DNA of 64,000 bases from NCBI GenBank assembly GCA_038317345.1, contig JBBQBH010000010.1, positions 339 to 64,338 of the forward strand. The letters are read 5' to 3'. The notes under the pieces were generated by a model. It did no database searches. It had not been told where the DNA came from and saw only the letters and a list, made by a program, of their open reading frames with translations. The stretch's first letter is position 1. Each line of letters starts with the position of its first letter. Made by a program: the position numbers and the translations under genes. The DNA comes from Solirubrobacterales bacterium. Its GTDB lineage: Bacteria > Actinomycetota > Thermoleophilia > Solirubrobacterales > 70-9. Positions 1-8,202 of the stretch are shown here, piece by piece.

Positions 1-368
1 TCTACCCGCTTGCCCGGCGGGGATCGGAATTCATGCGCTCGACGCGAGTGCTGCGGATGGCGAAGGAGATGGGCGGTGAGCAGGTGGTCACCAAGTCGGG
101 GCTGATGGTCGGCCTCGGCGAGGAGTTCGACGAGATGATCGAGGCTTTCGAGATCCTGCGTGAGCATCGGGTCCAGGTGCTCACCGTGGGCCAGTACCTG
201 CGCCCGACCGAGAGGCACCTGCCGGTGGCCCGCTACTGGCACCCGGACGAGTTCGCGGCGCTCGAACGCGCCGCCTATGAGATCGGTTTCGAGTCGGTGG
301 CGGCGGGGCCGCTGGTGCGCAGCTCCTACCACGCCGACGAGCAGCTCCCGGTCCGCGCGGCGGCCTAG
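1..368 (+). CDS. lipA: Lipoyl synthase, C-terminal part (5' end outside window)
   Basis: Frame open from the window edge to TAG 366-368. The translation GLMVGLGEEFDEMIEAFEILREHRVQVLTVGQYLRPTERHLPVARYWHPDEF...SSYHADEQ matches the conserved C-terminal half of radical-SAM lipoyl synthases. Confidence 0.85.
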   Translation, partial: YPLARRGSEFMRSTRVLRMAKEMGGEQVVTKSGLMVGLGEEFDEMIEAFEILREHRVQVLTVGQYLRPTERHLPVARYWHPDEFAALERAAYEIGFESVAAGPLVRSSYHADEQLPVRAAA

Positions 369-430
369 CTCAGCAGAGCTCGACGGTCGCGGCGATTCGG
401 TTGGCGCCGCCGCTGTAGGCTCGCCGCCCG

Positions 431-1291
431 TTGATCCCGCTCAAGGACAACGTCCCCACCGCGCGGCTGCCCGTGGTGACGATCCTTTTGATCGTCGTCA
501 ACATCGGCTTCTTCATCTGGCAGCTGAGCTTCTCCGGCGGCGACTCCTCGAATCCGCAGCTGAGGCAGCTCGGGATCAGCGACCGCGACCTGAACTCGGT
601 CGAGTACGGCGGGATCCCCTACCGGGTCCTGCATCCGGGCCGCGATTGCGCCTTCGGGGTGACTATCCATTCGGGCTCACCGGAGGCAGACGTCGTCTGC
701 CAGGGGACGAAGCAGTACGCCGAGGCACTCGCGGCCCACGCAAACGGTGAGCCCTTCGTCCGCTACTCGAATCCCCCCTGGTACGTGACCGTGTTCACTT
801 CGATGTTCCTGCACGGCGGGATCCTGCACATCGGATTCAACATGCTGTTCCTCTGGATCTTCGGCAACAACATCGAAGACGCGATGGGACGGAGCCGCTA
901 CCTGCTCTTCTACCTTCTCGCGGGAATCGCCGCCGTGTACGCGCAGGCGGCAATCTACCCGAGCGGTACGCTGCCGAGCATCGGCGCTAGCGGTGCGATC
1001 GCCGGAGTGCTCGGGGCCTACGCGCTGCTCTTACCGCGCGCCCGGATCCTGACCTTGATCTTCCTGATCTTCTTCGTCACCCTGGTCGAGATCCCGGCCT
1101 ACGTGATGCTGGGGATCTGGTTCCTGCTGCAATTCATCCCGGCGGTCGGCCAGGTGGCGGTGCCCAACATCGGCGGCCAGGGCGGGGTCGCCTACTTCGT
1201 CCATGTCGGCGGGTTCGTGTTCGGGTTGGCGCTGGTGAAGGTCTTCGTTCGACGGCGTCCCACCATTCCGCCAGCGACCGCCGCAGGCTGA
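431..1291 (+). CDS. Rhomboid-family intramembrane serine protease
   Basis: Multi-TM 286-aa ORF with rhomboid signatures FLHGGILHIGFNMLFLWIFG and the catalytic GxSG helix GASGAIAGVLGAY. Its stop overlaps the next ATG (TGATG). Confidence 0.85.
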   Translation: MIPLKDNVPTARLPVVTILLIVVNIGFFIWQLSFSGGDSSNPQLRQLGISDRDLNSVEYGGIPYRVLHPGRDCAFGVTIHSGSPEADVVCQGTKQYAEALAAHANGEPFVRYSNPPWYVTVFTSMFLHGGILHIGFNMLFLWIFGNNIEDAMGRSRYLLFYLLAGIAAVYAQAAIYPSGTLPSIGASGAIAGVLGAYALLLPRARILTLIFLIFFVTLVEIPAYVMLGIWFLLQFIPAVGQVAVPNIGGQGGVAYFVHVGGFVFGLALVKVFVRRRPTIPPATAAG

Positions 1292-1381
1292 TGAGCCGCG
1301 GGCGCATAGCGCTCGGGGGATCGATCGTGATCGTCGTTTGGGCGGTGGCGGCGCTGCTGGCGGAGCCGATCGACAAGGGGG

Positions 1382-2245
1382 ATGGCGGGGGGATCGACGA
1401 CGATTGCCGCAACCGCCGGCCTGCCGACCCCACTGACCAATGACCCGGGCATCCGCCCGCCGGTCCACAACCGCTTCACGGTGCGTCCCGCCTCCCCCCC
1501 GACACCGGTGCGGGTCCACTTCAAGCAACCGCCCAACGCCGGCCTGCTGTTCGACCTGCGCAGCGGCCGTGTGCTCTGGCAGCTGCACCCACGCCGCGCA
1601 TTGCCGATCGCCAGCCTGACCAAGATGATGACCGCGCTGATCATCGTCCAGCGCCATCGGCTGCGCGAGCGGGTGCTGATAACTCCGCGGGTGCTGCGCT
1701 ACGCGGGGTCGGGAGTCGGCGTGCTGCCGCCGGGCAAGCGGGTGAAGCTCGGCGCGCTGCTCGACGGGCTGCTGCTGGTGTCCGGCAACGACGCGGCGAT
1801 CGCCTTGGCCCAGCACGACGCGCACACCGTCGCGGGGTTCGTGCGCCGCATGAACCTGCGGGCCCAGGAACTGGGTCTCACCTGCTCGCGCTTCTCGAGC
1901 CCGAGCGGGATCAAGGACCAGGGCAACCACTCCTGCGCCCTCGATCTAGCGACGCTGGCGCGGATGGACCTCGCCAACCAGGTGGTGCGGCGGATCGTCG
2001 GCACGCGGCGGGTGCGGATGCGCTTCCCGGTCAAGGGCGGCTACCTGGACCTGTTCAACATCAACCCGTTCATTGGCGACCCGGGCGTGACCGGGGTCAA
2101 GACCGGCCTCACCAACGCGGCGGGGCGCTGCTACGTCGTCACCGCGCACATCAACGGCCGCTACCTCGGCGTCGTGCTGCTCAACACGCCCGACCCCTTC
2201 ACCCAGGTGCCGCGGCTGTTCAAGGCGGGGGCGCGGGCCGGGTAA
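1382..2245 (+). CDS. D-alanyl-D-alanine carboxypeptidase (peptidase S11, low-MW PBP), catalytic ORF; the signal anchor appears to be in another frame
   Basis: The three PBP motifs occur in order: SxxK (ASLTKMM), SxN (VSGND), KTG (VKTGLT). There is no export signal after the tracked ATG at 1382 (see finding). Confidence 0.8.
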   Translation: MAGGSTTIAATAGLPTPLTNDPGIRPPVHNRFTVRPASPPTPVRVHFKQPPNAGLLFDLRSGRVLWQLHPRRALPIASLTKMMTALIIVQRHRLRERVLITPRVLRYAGSGVGVLPPGKRVKLGALLDGLLLVSGNDAAIALAQHDAHTVAGFVRRMNLRAQELGLTCSRFSSPSGIKDQGNHSCALDLATLARMDLANQVVRRIVGTRRVRMRFPVKGGYLDLFNINPFIGDPGVTGVKTGLTNAAGRCYVVTAHINGRYLGVVLLNTPDPFTQVPRLFKAGARAG

Positions 2246-2248
2246 CGC

Positions 2249-2653
2249 CTAGAGCGGGGCGTCCTCGGAGCGGCCCGCCTTGCAGACGTGCCTGTGCTTG
2301 TGGTTGTGCTTGAGGACCAGCCTGTCCACGGTCACGTAGTAGGTGTTGCCGTGGGAGATCACCAGCGTCGGCGATGCATCGATCCTCCAAGTCCCGTGCG
2401 CATCGGCGTTCGTCGTCGTCGTCGCCAGCAGCCCCGACGCGTCGTAGAGCGAAAGCGTGCGACCTGCCCTGCACGCCGGCTTCACCGTCTCGAGGTCTCC
2501 TGCGACGTACTGGTAGAGCCCTGTGACCACGTTGTAGCCGCTGACGTTCGTGATCTCGGGGGAGACGATGTACTTGCGGACGTGAGCCGACACCGGTCCC
2601 GCGAGGGCGAACACGGCAGCGCAGAGGGCGAGCCCGACAATCGACTTCCTCAA
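2249..2653 (-). CDS. Hypothetical secreted protein
   Basis: 134-aa ORF with an N-terminal signal peptide (MRKSIVGLALCAAVFALAGPVSA) and a His/Lys-rich tail (KHNHKHRH). I recognise no family. Confidence 0.55.
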   Translation of the reverse strand: MRKSIVGLALCAAVFALAGPVSAHVRKYIVSPEITNVSGYNVVTGLYQYVAGDLETVKPACRAGRTLSLYDASGLLATTTTNADAHGTWRIDASPTLVISHGNTYYVTVDRLVLKHNHKHRHVCKAGRSEDAPL

Positions 2654-2728
2654 CGTCTTCCCCTCCCGGCCAATTCGCGATCGAGGCTAGCAGCGGCCCA
2701 CGCCGCCAAATCGGGAATCGACAAACGA

Positions 2729-2801
2729 TGGAGCCAGCCGGGCTCGAACCGGCGACCTCCCGGATGCAAACCGGACGCTCTTCCAACTGAGCTATGGCCC
2801 C
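2729..2801 (-). tRNA. tRNA-Ala (anticodon UGC)
   Basis: The reverse complement GGGGCCATAGCTCAGTTGGAAGAGCG...CCGGTTTGCATCCGG...GGTTCGAGCCCGGCTGGCTCCA folds as a cloverleaf. It has the G3:U70 Ala identity pair, anticodon loop UUUGCAU and a GGTTCGAGC T-arm. CCA is not encoded. Confidence 0.93.
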
Positions 2802-2912
2802 TCCTGACTAAGTGTAAGTCGGCAGAATCTCGTAGAAATCAAGCGCCGCGCCCAGGCAGGGGAAGGGCCTTGTGTAAGACTGGCTGAGCAGGCACAGGAG
2901 GGACCAGAGCAG

Positions 2913-4280
2913 ATGGCAACGAAGACGGAAACAGCCGAGGCCGTCGCGGAGCGGGAGGATCAGGACAAGTCGCCGGAGGCGACCGACCGAGCCAAGGAGG
3001 AGGCGGAGGCGGAGGGCAAACGGAAGCCCGGGCAGCGAGCCGAGGTCTCCAACCTGGAGATCGTCCGCCACTACTTCGATATCGCCTGCGACCGCATCGA
3101 TCTGCGCGACGACCTGCGCACCGTCTTCTGGAGCCCCTACCGCGAGGTCAGCGTCCAGATCCCGATCAAGCTGTCCGACGGCAAGGTCCACGTCTACTCC
3201 GGCTACCGGATCCAGCACAACGGCGCCCGTGGCCCCTACAAGGGCGGCGTCCGCTTCCACCCCGAGGTCGATATCGACGAGGTGCGCGCCCTTGCCTCGC
3301 TGATGAGCTGGAAGACGGCGATCGTCAACGTGCCCTTCGGCGGCGCCAAGGGCGGCGTCAACTGTCCCGCCGAAGACCTCGAGCCCGACGAGCTGCAGAA
3401 GATCGCCCGCTCGTTCATGGACAAGGTCGAGAAGGTGCTCGGCCCGACCCGCGACATCCCGGCGCCCGACGTCAACACCGACGCCCAGGTGATGGCCTGG
3501 TTCATGGATGAGTACGGCAAATTGCACGGGCACACCCCGGCGATCTGCACCGGCAAGCCGATCGAGCTCGAGGGCTCATACGGGCGCGAGGCGGCCACCG
3601 GGCGCGGCTGCGTCTACATGTTCCGCGAGGCGGCGCCCCACCTCGGCCTGAGTCCCGCCGACGTCACCTTCGCCGTGCAGGGCTTCGGCAACGTCGGCTC
3701 ATGGGCAGCCCGCCTGATGCACCAGCTCGGCTGCCGCATGGTCGCCGTCTCCGACGCCCACGGCGCGATCCGCAACGACGCGGGCATCGACCCCGACGCG
3801 CTGTATAGCTTCGTCAGCGAGGGCGGCAAGCTGACCGAGTTCGAAGGCGCGGAGACGATCGACGCCGACGACCTGGTGGCGGTCGAATGCGACGTCTTCA
3901 TCCCGGCGGCGCTCGGCGGCATGATCCACGAGGGCAACGCTGATCGGATGAGCTGCAAGATGCTGATCGAGGGCGCAAACTCCCCGACCACCCCTACCGC
4001 CGACGCGATCCTCAACGACAAGGGCGTCTACATCGTGCCCGACGTGATGGCCAACGCCGGCGGAGTGGTCGTCTCCTACTTCGAATGGGTCCAGAACCTC
4101 CAGCACTTCCGCTGGGAGGAGCGCGAGGTCAACGACAAGTTGAGCACGATCATGCGCCGCGCCTACCGCGAGGTCTCGGCCCGAGCCAAGGAGGAGGGGA
4201 TCCCCCTCCGCGAGGCCTCGTACGAGGTCGGCATCGAGCGCGTCGTGCAGGCCGCACGCACCCGCGGATACGTCAGCTAG
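2913..4280 (+). CDS. gdh: Glutamate dehydrogenase (Glu/Leu/Phe/Val dehydrogenase family)
   Basis: 455-aa ORF with the catalytic-lysine box KTAIVNVPFGGAKGGV and the dinucleotide fold AVQGFGNVGSWAA. A GGAGGGA Shine-Dalgarno lies upstream of the ATG. Confidence 0.9.
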   Translation: MATKTETAEAVAEREDQDKSPEATDRAKEEAEAEGKRKPGQRAEVSNLEIVRHYFDIACDRIDLRDDLRTVFWSPYREVSVQIPIKLSDGKVHVYSGYRIQHNGARGPYKGGVRFHPEVDIDEVRALASLMSWKTAIVNVPFGGAKGGVNCPAEDLEPDELQKIARSFMDKVEKVLGPTRDIPAPDVNTDAQVMAWFMDEYGKLHGHTPAICTGKPIELEGSYGREAATGRGCVYMFREAAPHLGLSPADVTFAVQGFGNVGSWAARLMHQLGCRMVAVSDAHGAIRNDAGIDPDALYSFVSEGGKLTEFEGAETIDADDLVAVECDVFIPAALGGMIHEGNADRMSCKMLIEGANSPTTPTADAILNDKGVYIVPDVMANAGGVVVSYFEWVQNLQHFRWEEREVNDKLSTIMRRAYREVSARAKEEGIPLREASYEVGIERVVQAARTRGYVS

Positions 4281-4478
4281 GTGCGTTGGGACGGCGCCGT
4301 TAGGCGCCGGCGAGGCATGTCAGGCGGCGAAGCCGCAGTAATTTGTGGACGCCTGTTCGAATTCCCGACCTAGGAGGCTCAAGTACCGCTGTGGTGCCTC
4401 CGATTAGCCCTGTACCGGTCAAGAACCGGATCCGACTGCCTACAAATACTTGCCAGGGAAGGCAAGAACGCCAACAGG

Positions 4479-4502
4479 AAACCCCGCCTAGAGCGGGGTT
4501 TT
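4479..4502. terminator. Bidirectional intrinsic terminator between convergent gdh and the acidic-protein gene
   Basis: AAACCCCGC-CTAGA-GCGGGGTTTT: a 6-bp GC stem (4482-4487/4493-4498) flanked by an A-run and a T-run, so it reads as a terminator on both strands. Confidence 0.6.
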
Positions 4503-4539
4503 CCTGATTCTGGGCTGTTGCGCCTGAAGCTGTGCGCCG

Positions 4540-5391
4540 CTAGTCGTCGAAGTCGAAGTCCTTGGGCGGCTTCTGCTCGAACCAGAGCCGATCGTGCTCG
4601 GGTGTGTCCTGGAGGAACTCCGGCGTCTCCTCGAGCACGTCCTCCTCCTCGTCGGGAAGGGTGTCCTCGAAGCCTCCCTCCTCCTCGGCGGGGAGCTCCT
4701 CCTCTCCCGAGTCGGGCTCGGCGGGCTCGGCGACATCGGGCGGAGGCGGGGCCCCCTCGGTCTCGGGCGCGTCGAGCGCCTTGTCAAGCTCATCGGAGAG
4801 CGATTGCTCGGAGAAGAACTCGTCCTCGACGGCCTCCTCTCCCTCCTCTTCCGCTTCGGGCTCGACCGACTGCTCAGCTTCCTCGGCGCCCGGCTCGGGC
4901 TCGAGGTTGTGGAGCTCGGTGGGCTGATCGGCGATCGAGGCCTCCTCGGGCTCCCCCACCGCCTCGGGCTCGTCCGGAGGCTCCGGCGGCGGATGCTCCT
5001 CGGTCTCCGCGGCGACGGTCCCGGCGTCCGCGGCATCCGGAGCCACCGTCGCGTGCTCCATCGCGGGATGCTCCTCCACGGCGGGGGGCTCCGCAGGAAG
5101 CTCGACCGGCTCCTCGACCGCTTCGACCGGCTCGACTGGTTGATCGGCCTCGGGCAGTGGCTCGACCGGCCCTGAGGGAGGCTCGGCGGGCTCCGCCAGC
5201 GGCTGCTCGACAGCCTCCGCAGCCTCCGCGGGGGCGATCGTCGTCGGCGCCTCAGCGGCCGGCGGCTCCGCGCCCGGGCGCTCCGCAGGACCGAACGCGT
5301 CGTCCTCGAGTTCGCGCACCTCGTCATCGCCGGCGCCGTGCTGGCGTTTCAGCTCCAGATGTTCGCGGATTGCCTCGTCAAGAATGCCCAT
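4540..5391 (-). CDS. Acidic Glu/Pro/Ala-rich low-complexity protein, unknown function
   Basis: 283-aa ORF with structured-looking ends (N-terminus MGILDEAIREHLELKRQHG, C-terminus DRLWFEQKPPKDFDFDD) around a long E/P/A-rich acidic linker. This frame was chosen over the two Arg-rich alternative frames. Confidence 0.55.
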   Translation of the reverse strand: MGILDEAIREHLELKRQHGAGDDEVRELEDDAFGPAERPGAEPPAAEAPTTIAPAEAAEAVEQPLAEPAEPPSGPVEPLPEADQPVEPVEAVEEPVELPAEPPAVEEHPAMEHATVAPDAADAGTVAAETEEHPPPEPPDEPEAVGEPEEASIADQPTELHNLEPEPGAEEAEQSVEPEAEEEGEEAVEDEFFSEQSLSDELDKALDAPETEGAPPPPDVAEPAEPDSGEEELPAEEEGGFEDTLPDEEEDVLEETPEFLQDTPEHDRLWFEQKPPKDFDFDD

Positions 5392-5470
5392 GATTTCCGC
5401 CCAATCTCGGCGTACAGACTAGGCGGTTTAGCACCGGCCAGCGGGATAGCCCGCCCACCGATTCATGGGG

Positions 5471-6799
5471 TCACGAGGGTGCCTTGAGCTTGCGCGGAAC
5501 CGGCTCGGGAGCGCGGCGGTCGCCGGCGCGCGCGGTGCGGTTCTTGCCCTGCTGCTTGGCTCGGTAAAGCGCCTGGTCGGCGGCTTTGATCAAGTCCCTG
5601 ACGTCGGGGCTCTGCTCCGGGCTGCCGGCAACACCCACGCTGGCCCGAATCGTGATCTCGCTGTTCTGACCGTCAAGCGGGATGCGCGCCGCGTCGAGCC
5701 GCCGTCGAATTCGCTCGCCAACCTCCATCGCGCCGTCGATGCGGGTCTCTGGCAAGGCGATCGCGAACTCCTCGCCCCCGTAGCGCGCCGGCTCGTCGAC
5801 CTCCCGCGACTCCAACTTGAGAATGCGTCCGACCTCACGCAACACCCGGTCGCCCTGAAGATGTCCGTAGTTGTCATTGATCTCCTTGAAGTCGTCGAGG
5901 TCGAGCATCACGACCGAGAGCGGGCGATCGAAGCGCTTCGCGCGTTCGACCTCCTTACCCAGGATCTGCCGGAAGCGCCGGTGGTTGGAGAGGCCCGTCA
6001 ACTCGTCGGTGATCGCCTCCTCCTCGGTGCGCTCATGCTGCTGGCGGAGGTCGCGTACTAGGGGGACGATCAGCGCGAAGGCAACCAGCACCAGCCCCAC
6101 CAGAATCGCGGCAACCAGTACCGCACTGCCCGAGAACCCCGAGCCCCGCGGCCCGAGCAGCGCCGCGCGGACATTGGCGGATGCGTCCGGCAGCGAGACG
6201 ACCCGGGCCCGGTAGTCGCCGGAGGGAAGACTGACGTCGATCGTGTGCGCCCCTGTGCCCCCGAGATCGAGTGCGCTGGCACCCGACGCGCCGGTCGCGA
6301 TCGTCGCGCCGCCGGCGGAGACGACGAACGGGAGCCCCGTCGCCTGGTGCACACCATGCGCGAACTCGGTCGCATCGGTCGTCGACGTCACGAGGTAGCC
6401 GAGCGGCCCGCTCGGGCCGCTGATCCGCAGCTTGACGCTGGCCACGGGCTGCCCGATCGAGAACCTGGCGACCAGTCGGCCGCCTCGGCGGACCTCGAGG
6501 CGGGTCAGCCCCAGGGTCAGGGCCAGCTGCCTGACCCGCCGATCCAGAGTCGGTGTCGGACCAACCGGGATCTCCGCTCCGAGCTGCTGGTCGTTGGCGA
6601 CCAGACGCGCGGCGTGCCGCGCCGAGGCCAGGTCGACGCGATACTGGTTCAGCGTCGGAGCCAGGGCGCCGGCGAGCCGTGCATCCGCCTTACCCGTCCT
6701 CGATTCCGAAGAGAGGGGGACGAACGAGATCAGGATCGCGATGACCGGCACGACCACGATCAGGAGCACGGTGACTGTTAGGCGCCTACGAAAACTCAT
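5471..6799 (-). CDS. Membrane sensor diguanylate cyclase (GGDEF domain)
   Basis: An N-terminal TM helix, a ~200-aa extracytoplasmic region and a second TM helix precede a GGDEF domain with the active-site RYGGEEFAIALP and NDNYGHLQGD. Confidence 0.85.
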   Translation of the reverse strand: MSFRRRLTVTVLLIVVVPVIAILISFVPLSSESRTGKADARLAGALAPTLNQYRVDLASARHAARLVANDQQLGAEIPVGPTPTLDRRVRQLALTLGLTRLEVRRGGRLVARFSIGQPVASVKLRISGPSGPLGYLVTSTTDATEFAHGVHQATGLPFVVSAGGATIATGASGASALDLGGTGAHTIDVSLPSGDYRARVVSLPDASANVRAALLGPRGSGFSGSAVLVAAILVGLVLVAFALIVPLVRDLRQQHERTEEEAITDELTGLSNHRRFRQILGKEVERAKRFDRPLSVVMLDLDDFKEINDNYGHLQGDRVLREVGRILKLESREVDEPARYGGEEFAIALPETRIDGAMEVGERIRRRLDAARIPLDGQNSEITIRASVGVAGSPEQSPDVRDLIKAADQALYRAKQQGKNRTARAGDRRAPEPVPRKLKAPS

Positions 6800-6863
6800 G
6801 GGAGGGAGAGCGTATTCTTGCAGTGCGTGGGGGGCTTGAACACCGTCTCCCCTCCTTATTTCT

Positions 6864-6936
6864 GGGGCTATAGCTCAGTTGGAAGAGCGCCTGGATCGCA
6901 CCCAGGAGGTCGCCGGTTCGAGTCCGGCTAGCTCCA
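6864..6936 (+). tRNA. tRNA-Ala (anticodon CGC)
   Basis: GGGGCTATAGCTCAGTTGGAAGAGCGCCTGGATCGCACCCAGGAGGTCGCCGGTTCGAGTCCGGCTAGCTCCA folds as a cloverleaf with G3:U70 and anticodon loop AUCGCAC. CCA is not encoded. Confidence 0.93.
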
Positions 6937-6975
6937 TTGCGGGAAATTGGGTAGGCGCGATAGCTTTTTCTGACC

Positions 6976-8121
6976 GTGCGTCTAACTAACAGGTCTCGTG
7001 CGATCGCCATCGGAGCCGGCTGCTGTGTGCTCGCATTGGCGTTCTTCGTCCCTTCAGCGGCGGCGCTGCGCCTGCACACGGTCGCTCGTTTCGACCAGCC
7101 CGTCTACGTGACCGCACCGCCGGGCGACCGGCGCGAATTCTTTGTCATCGAGCGGGCCGGGCGGATTCGAATCGTCCGCCACGGGCACAAGCTGCGCCGC
7201 CCATTTCTGGACATTCGACGCCTGGTCGACCTTCGCTACCCGAACAACCAGTTCCGCGACCAGGGCGGACTCGCCTCGATGGCCTTCTCGCCGGACTACC
7301 GCCGCAGCGGCCTCTTCTACGTCTTCTACACCCACGCCGGGGGGACGATCCACGTCGACGAGTTTCGCCGCGCCCCCGGCTCATCCACCCGGGCCCAACG
7401 CTCGAGCCGCAGGACCGTCCTCACGGTCCCACGCCACGGCAGGACCGATCTGGGCGGTCAGCTCGAGTTCGGCGCCGACGGTTTCCTCTACGCCAGTTTC
7501 GGCCAGGGCGACGCTTCCGACTCGAGCCAGGACCTCGAACAGCTGACCGGAAAGATCCTGCGAATCGACCCAAGACCTTCCGGCGCGCTTCCCTACACAG
7601 TCCCCGCCGACAACCCGTTCTCCAATCGAACCGATGCGCGCCCCGAGATCTTCGCCTACGGCCTCCGTGTGCCCTGGCGATTCTCCTTCGACAATTCGAC
7701 CGGGGACCTGATCGTCGGCGATGTCGGCGAGGAACACTTCGAGGAGGTCGACCTGCTGCCACCCCCAGATGCGGGCGCGAACCTCGGTTGGCCGTTCTAC
7801 GAGGGCCGCCACCGGAACAGTCCCGGAGGCACTGGCTCACTTGCCTTTCCGGTGCTCGTCAAGCCGCATGCCCACGGCACCTGCGCGATCGTCGGCGGTT
7901 ACCTGATCCGCAACAGTCGGCTGCCGTCGCTGCGCGGCCGTTATCTCTACGGCGACGTATGCACCGGCCGGCTTCGCTCGGCGCGGCTGGGGTTGCCTCG
8001 AGCCAGCGGCGATCGCTCGGAGCATCTCGCAGTCCCCTATCTGGACTCGTTCGGCCGCGACGCTCGGGGACGCCTCTATGCCGTGAGCCTGCTCGGGCTC
8101 GTCTACCGGATCTCCGGCTGA
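6976..8121 (+). CDS. PQQ-dependent soluble sugar (glucose/sorbosone) dehydrogenase-like beta-propeller protein, secreted
   Basis: Signal peptide followed by family motifs GKILRIDP, TVPADNPF, EIFAYGLRVPWRFSFD, GDLIVGDVGEEHFEEVD and NLGWPFYEG. Confidence 0.75.
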   Translation: MRLTNRSRAIAIGAGCCVLALAFFVPSAAALRLHTVARFDQPVYVTAPPGDRREFFVIERAGRIRIVRHGHKLRRPFLDIRRLVDLRYPNNQFRDQGGLASMAFSPDYRRSGLFYVFYTHAGGTIHVDEFRRAPGSSTRAQRSSRRTVLTVPRHGRTDLGGQLEFGADGFLYASFGQGDASDSSQDLEQLTGKILRIDPRPSGALPYTVPADNPFSNRTDARPEIFAYGLRVPWRFSFDNSTGDLIVGDVGEEHFEEVDLLPPPDAGANLGWPFYEGRHRNSPGGTGSLAFPVLVKPHAHGTCAIVGGYLIRNSRLPSLRGRYLYGDVCTGRLRSARLGLPRASGDRSEHLAVPYLDSFGRDARGRLYAVSLLGLVYRISG

Positions 8122-8202
8122 GTCGGACCTCCGATCGAGGACGGCTCAAACCGGGTAAAGATGGGACAATCTGCCTCCGACGGAAAAGCGAGAAGGATCG
8201 CG

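Noticed and set aside
2814-2829. GTAAG-N6-GAATC upstream of gdh, resembling the actinobacterial GlnR box (gTnAc-n6-GaAAc), with a second GTGTAAG repeat about 60 bp downstream
   Set aside because: It matches the loose consensus at only 8 of 10 positions and is a single occurrence. It is too weak to call without a genome-wide motif model.
4355-4362. GTTCGAAT T-loop-like motif suggesting a tRNA or tmRNA fragment in the gdh downstream region
   Set aside because: The flanking bases do not form a T-stem (GCCTG versus TCCCG), and no acceptor or anticodon arms can be built.
4488-5393. A 279-aa Arg/Ser-rich minus ORF and a 291-aa Arg/Pro-rich plus ORF overlapping the acidic-protein gene
   Set aside because: Both are alternative frames of the same repetitive GC-rich DNA. 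Only the acidic frame has ordered-looking, non-repetitive termini and sensible start and stop context. This has not been verified experimentally.
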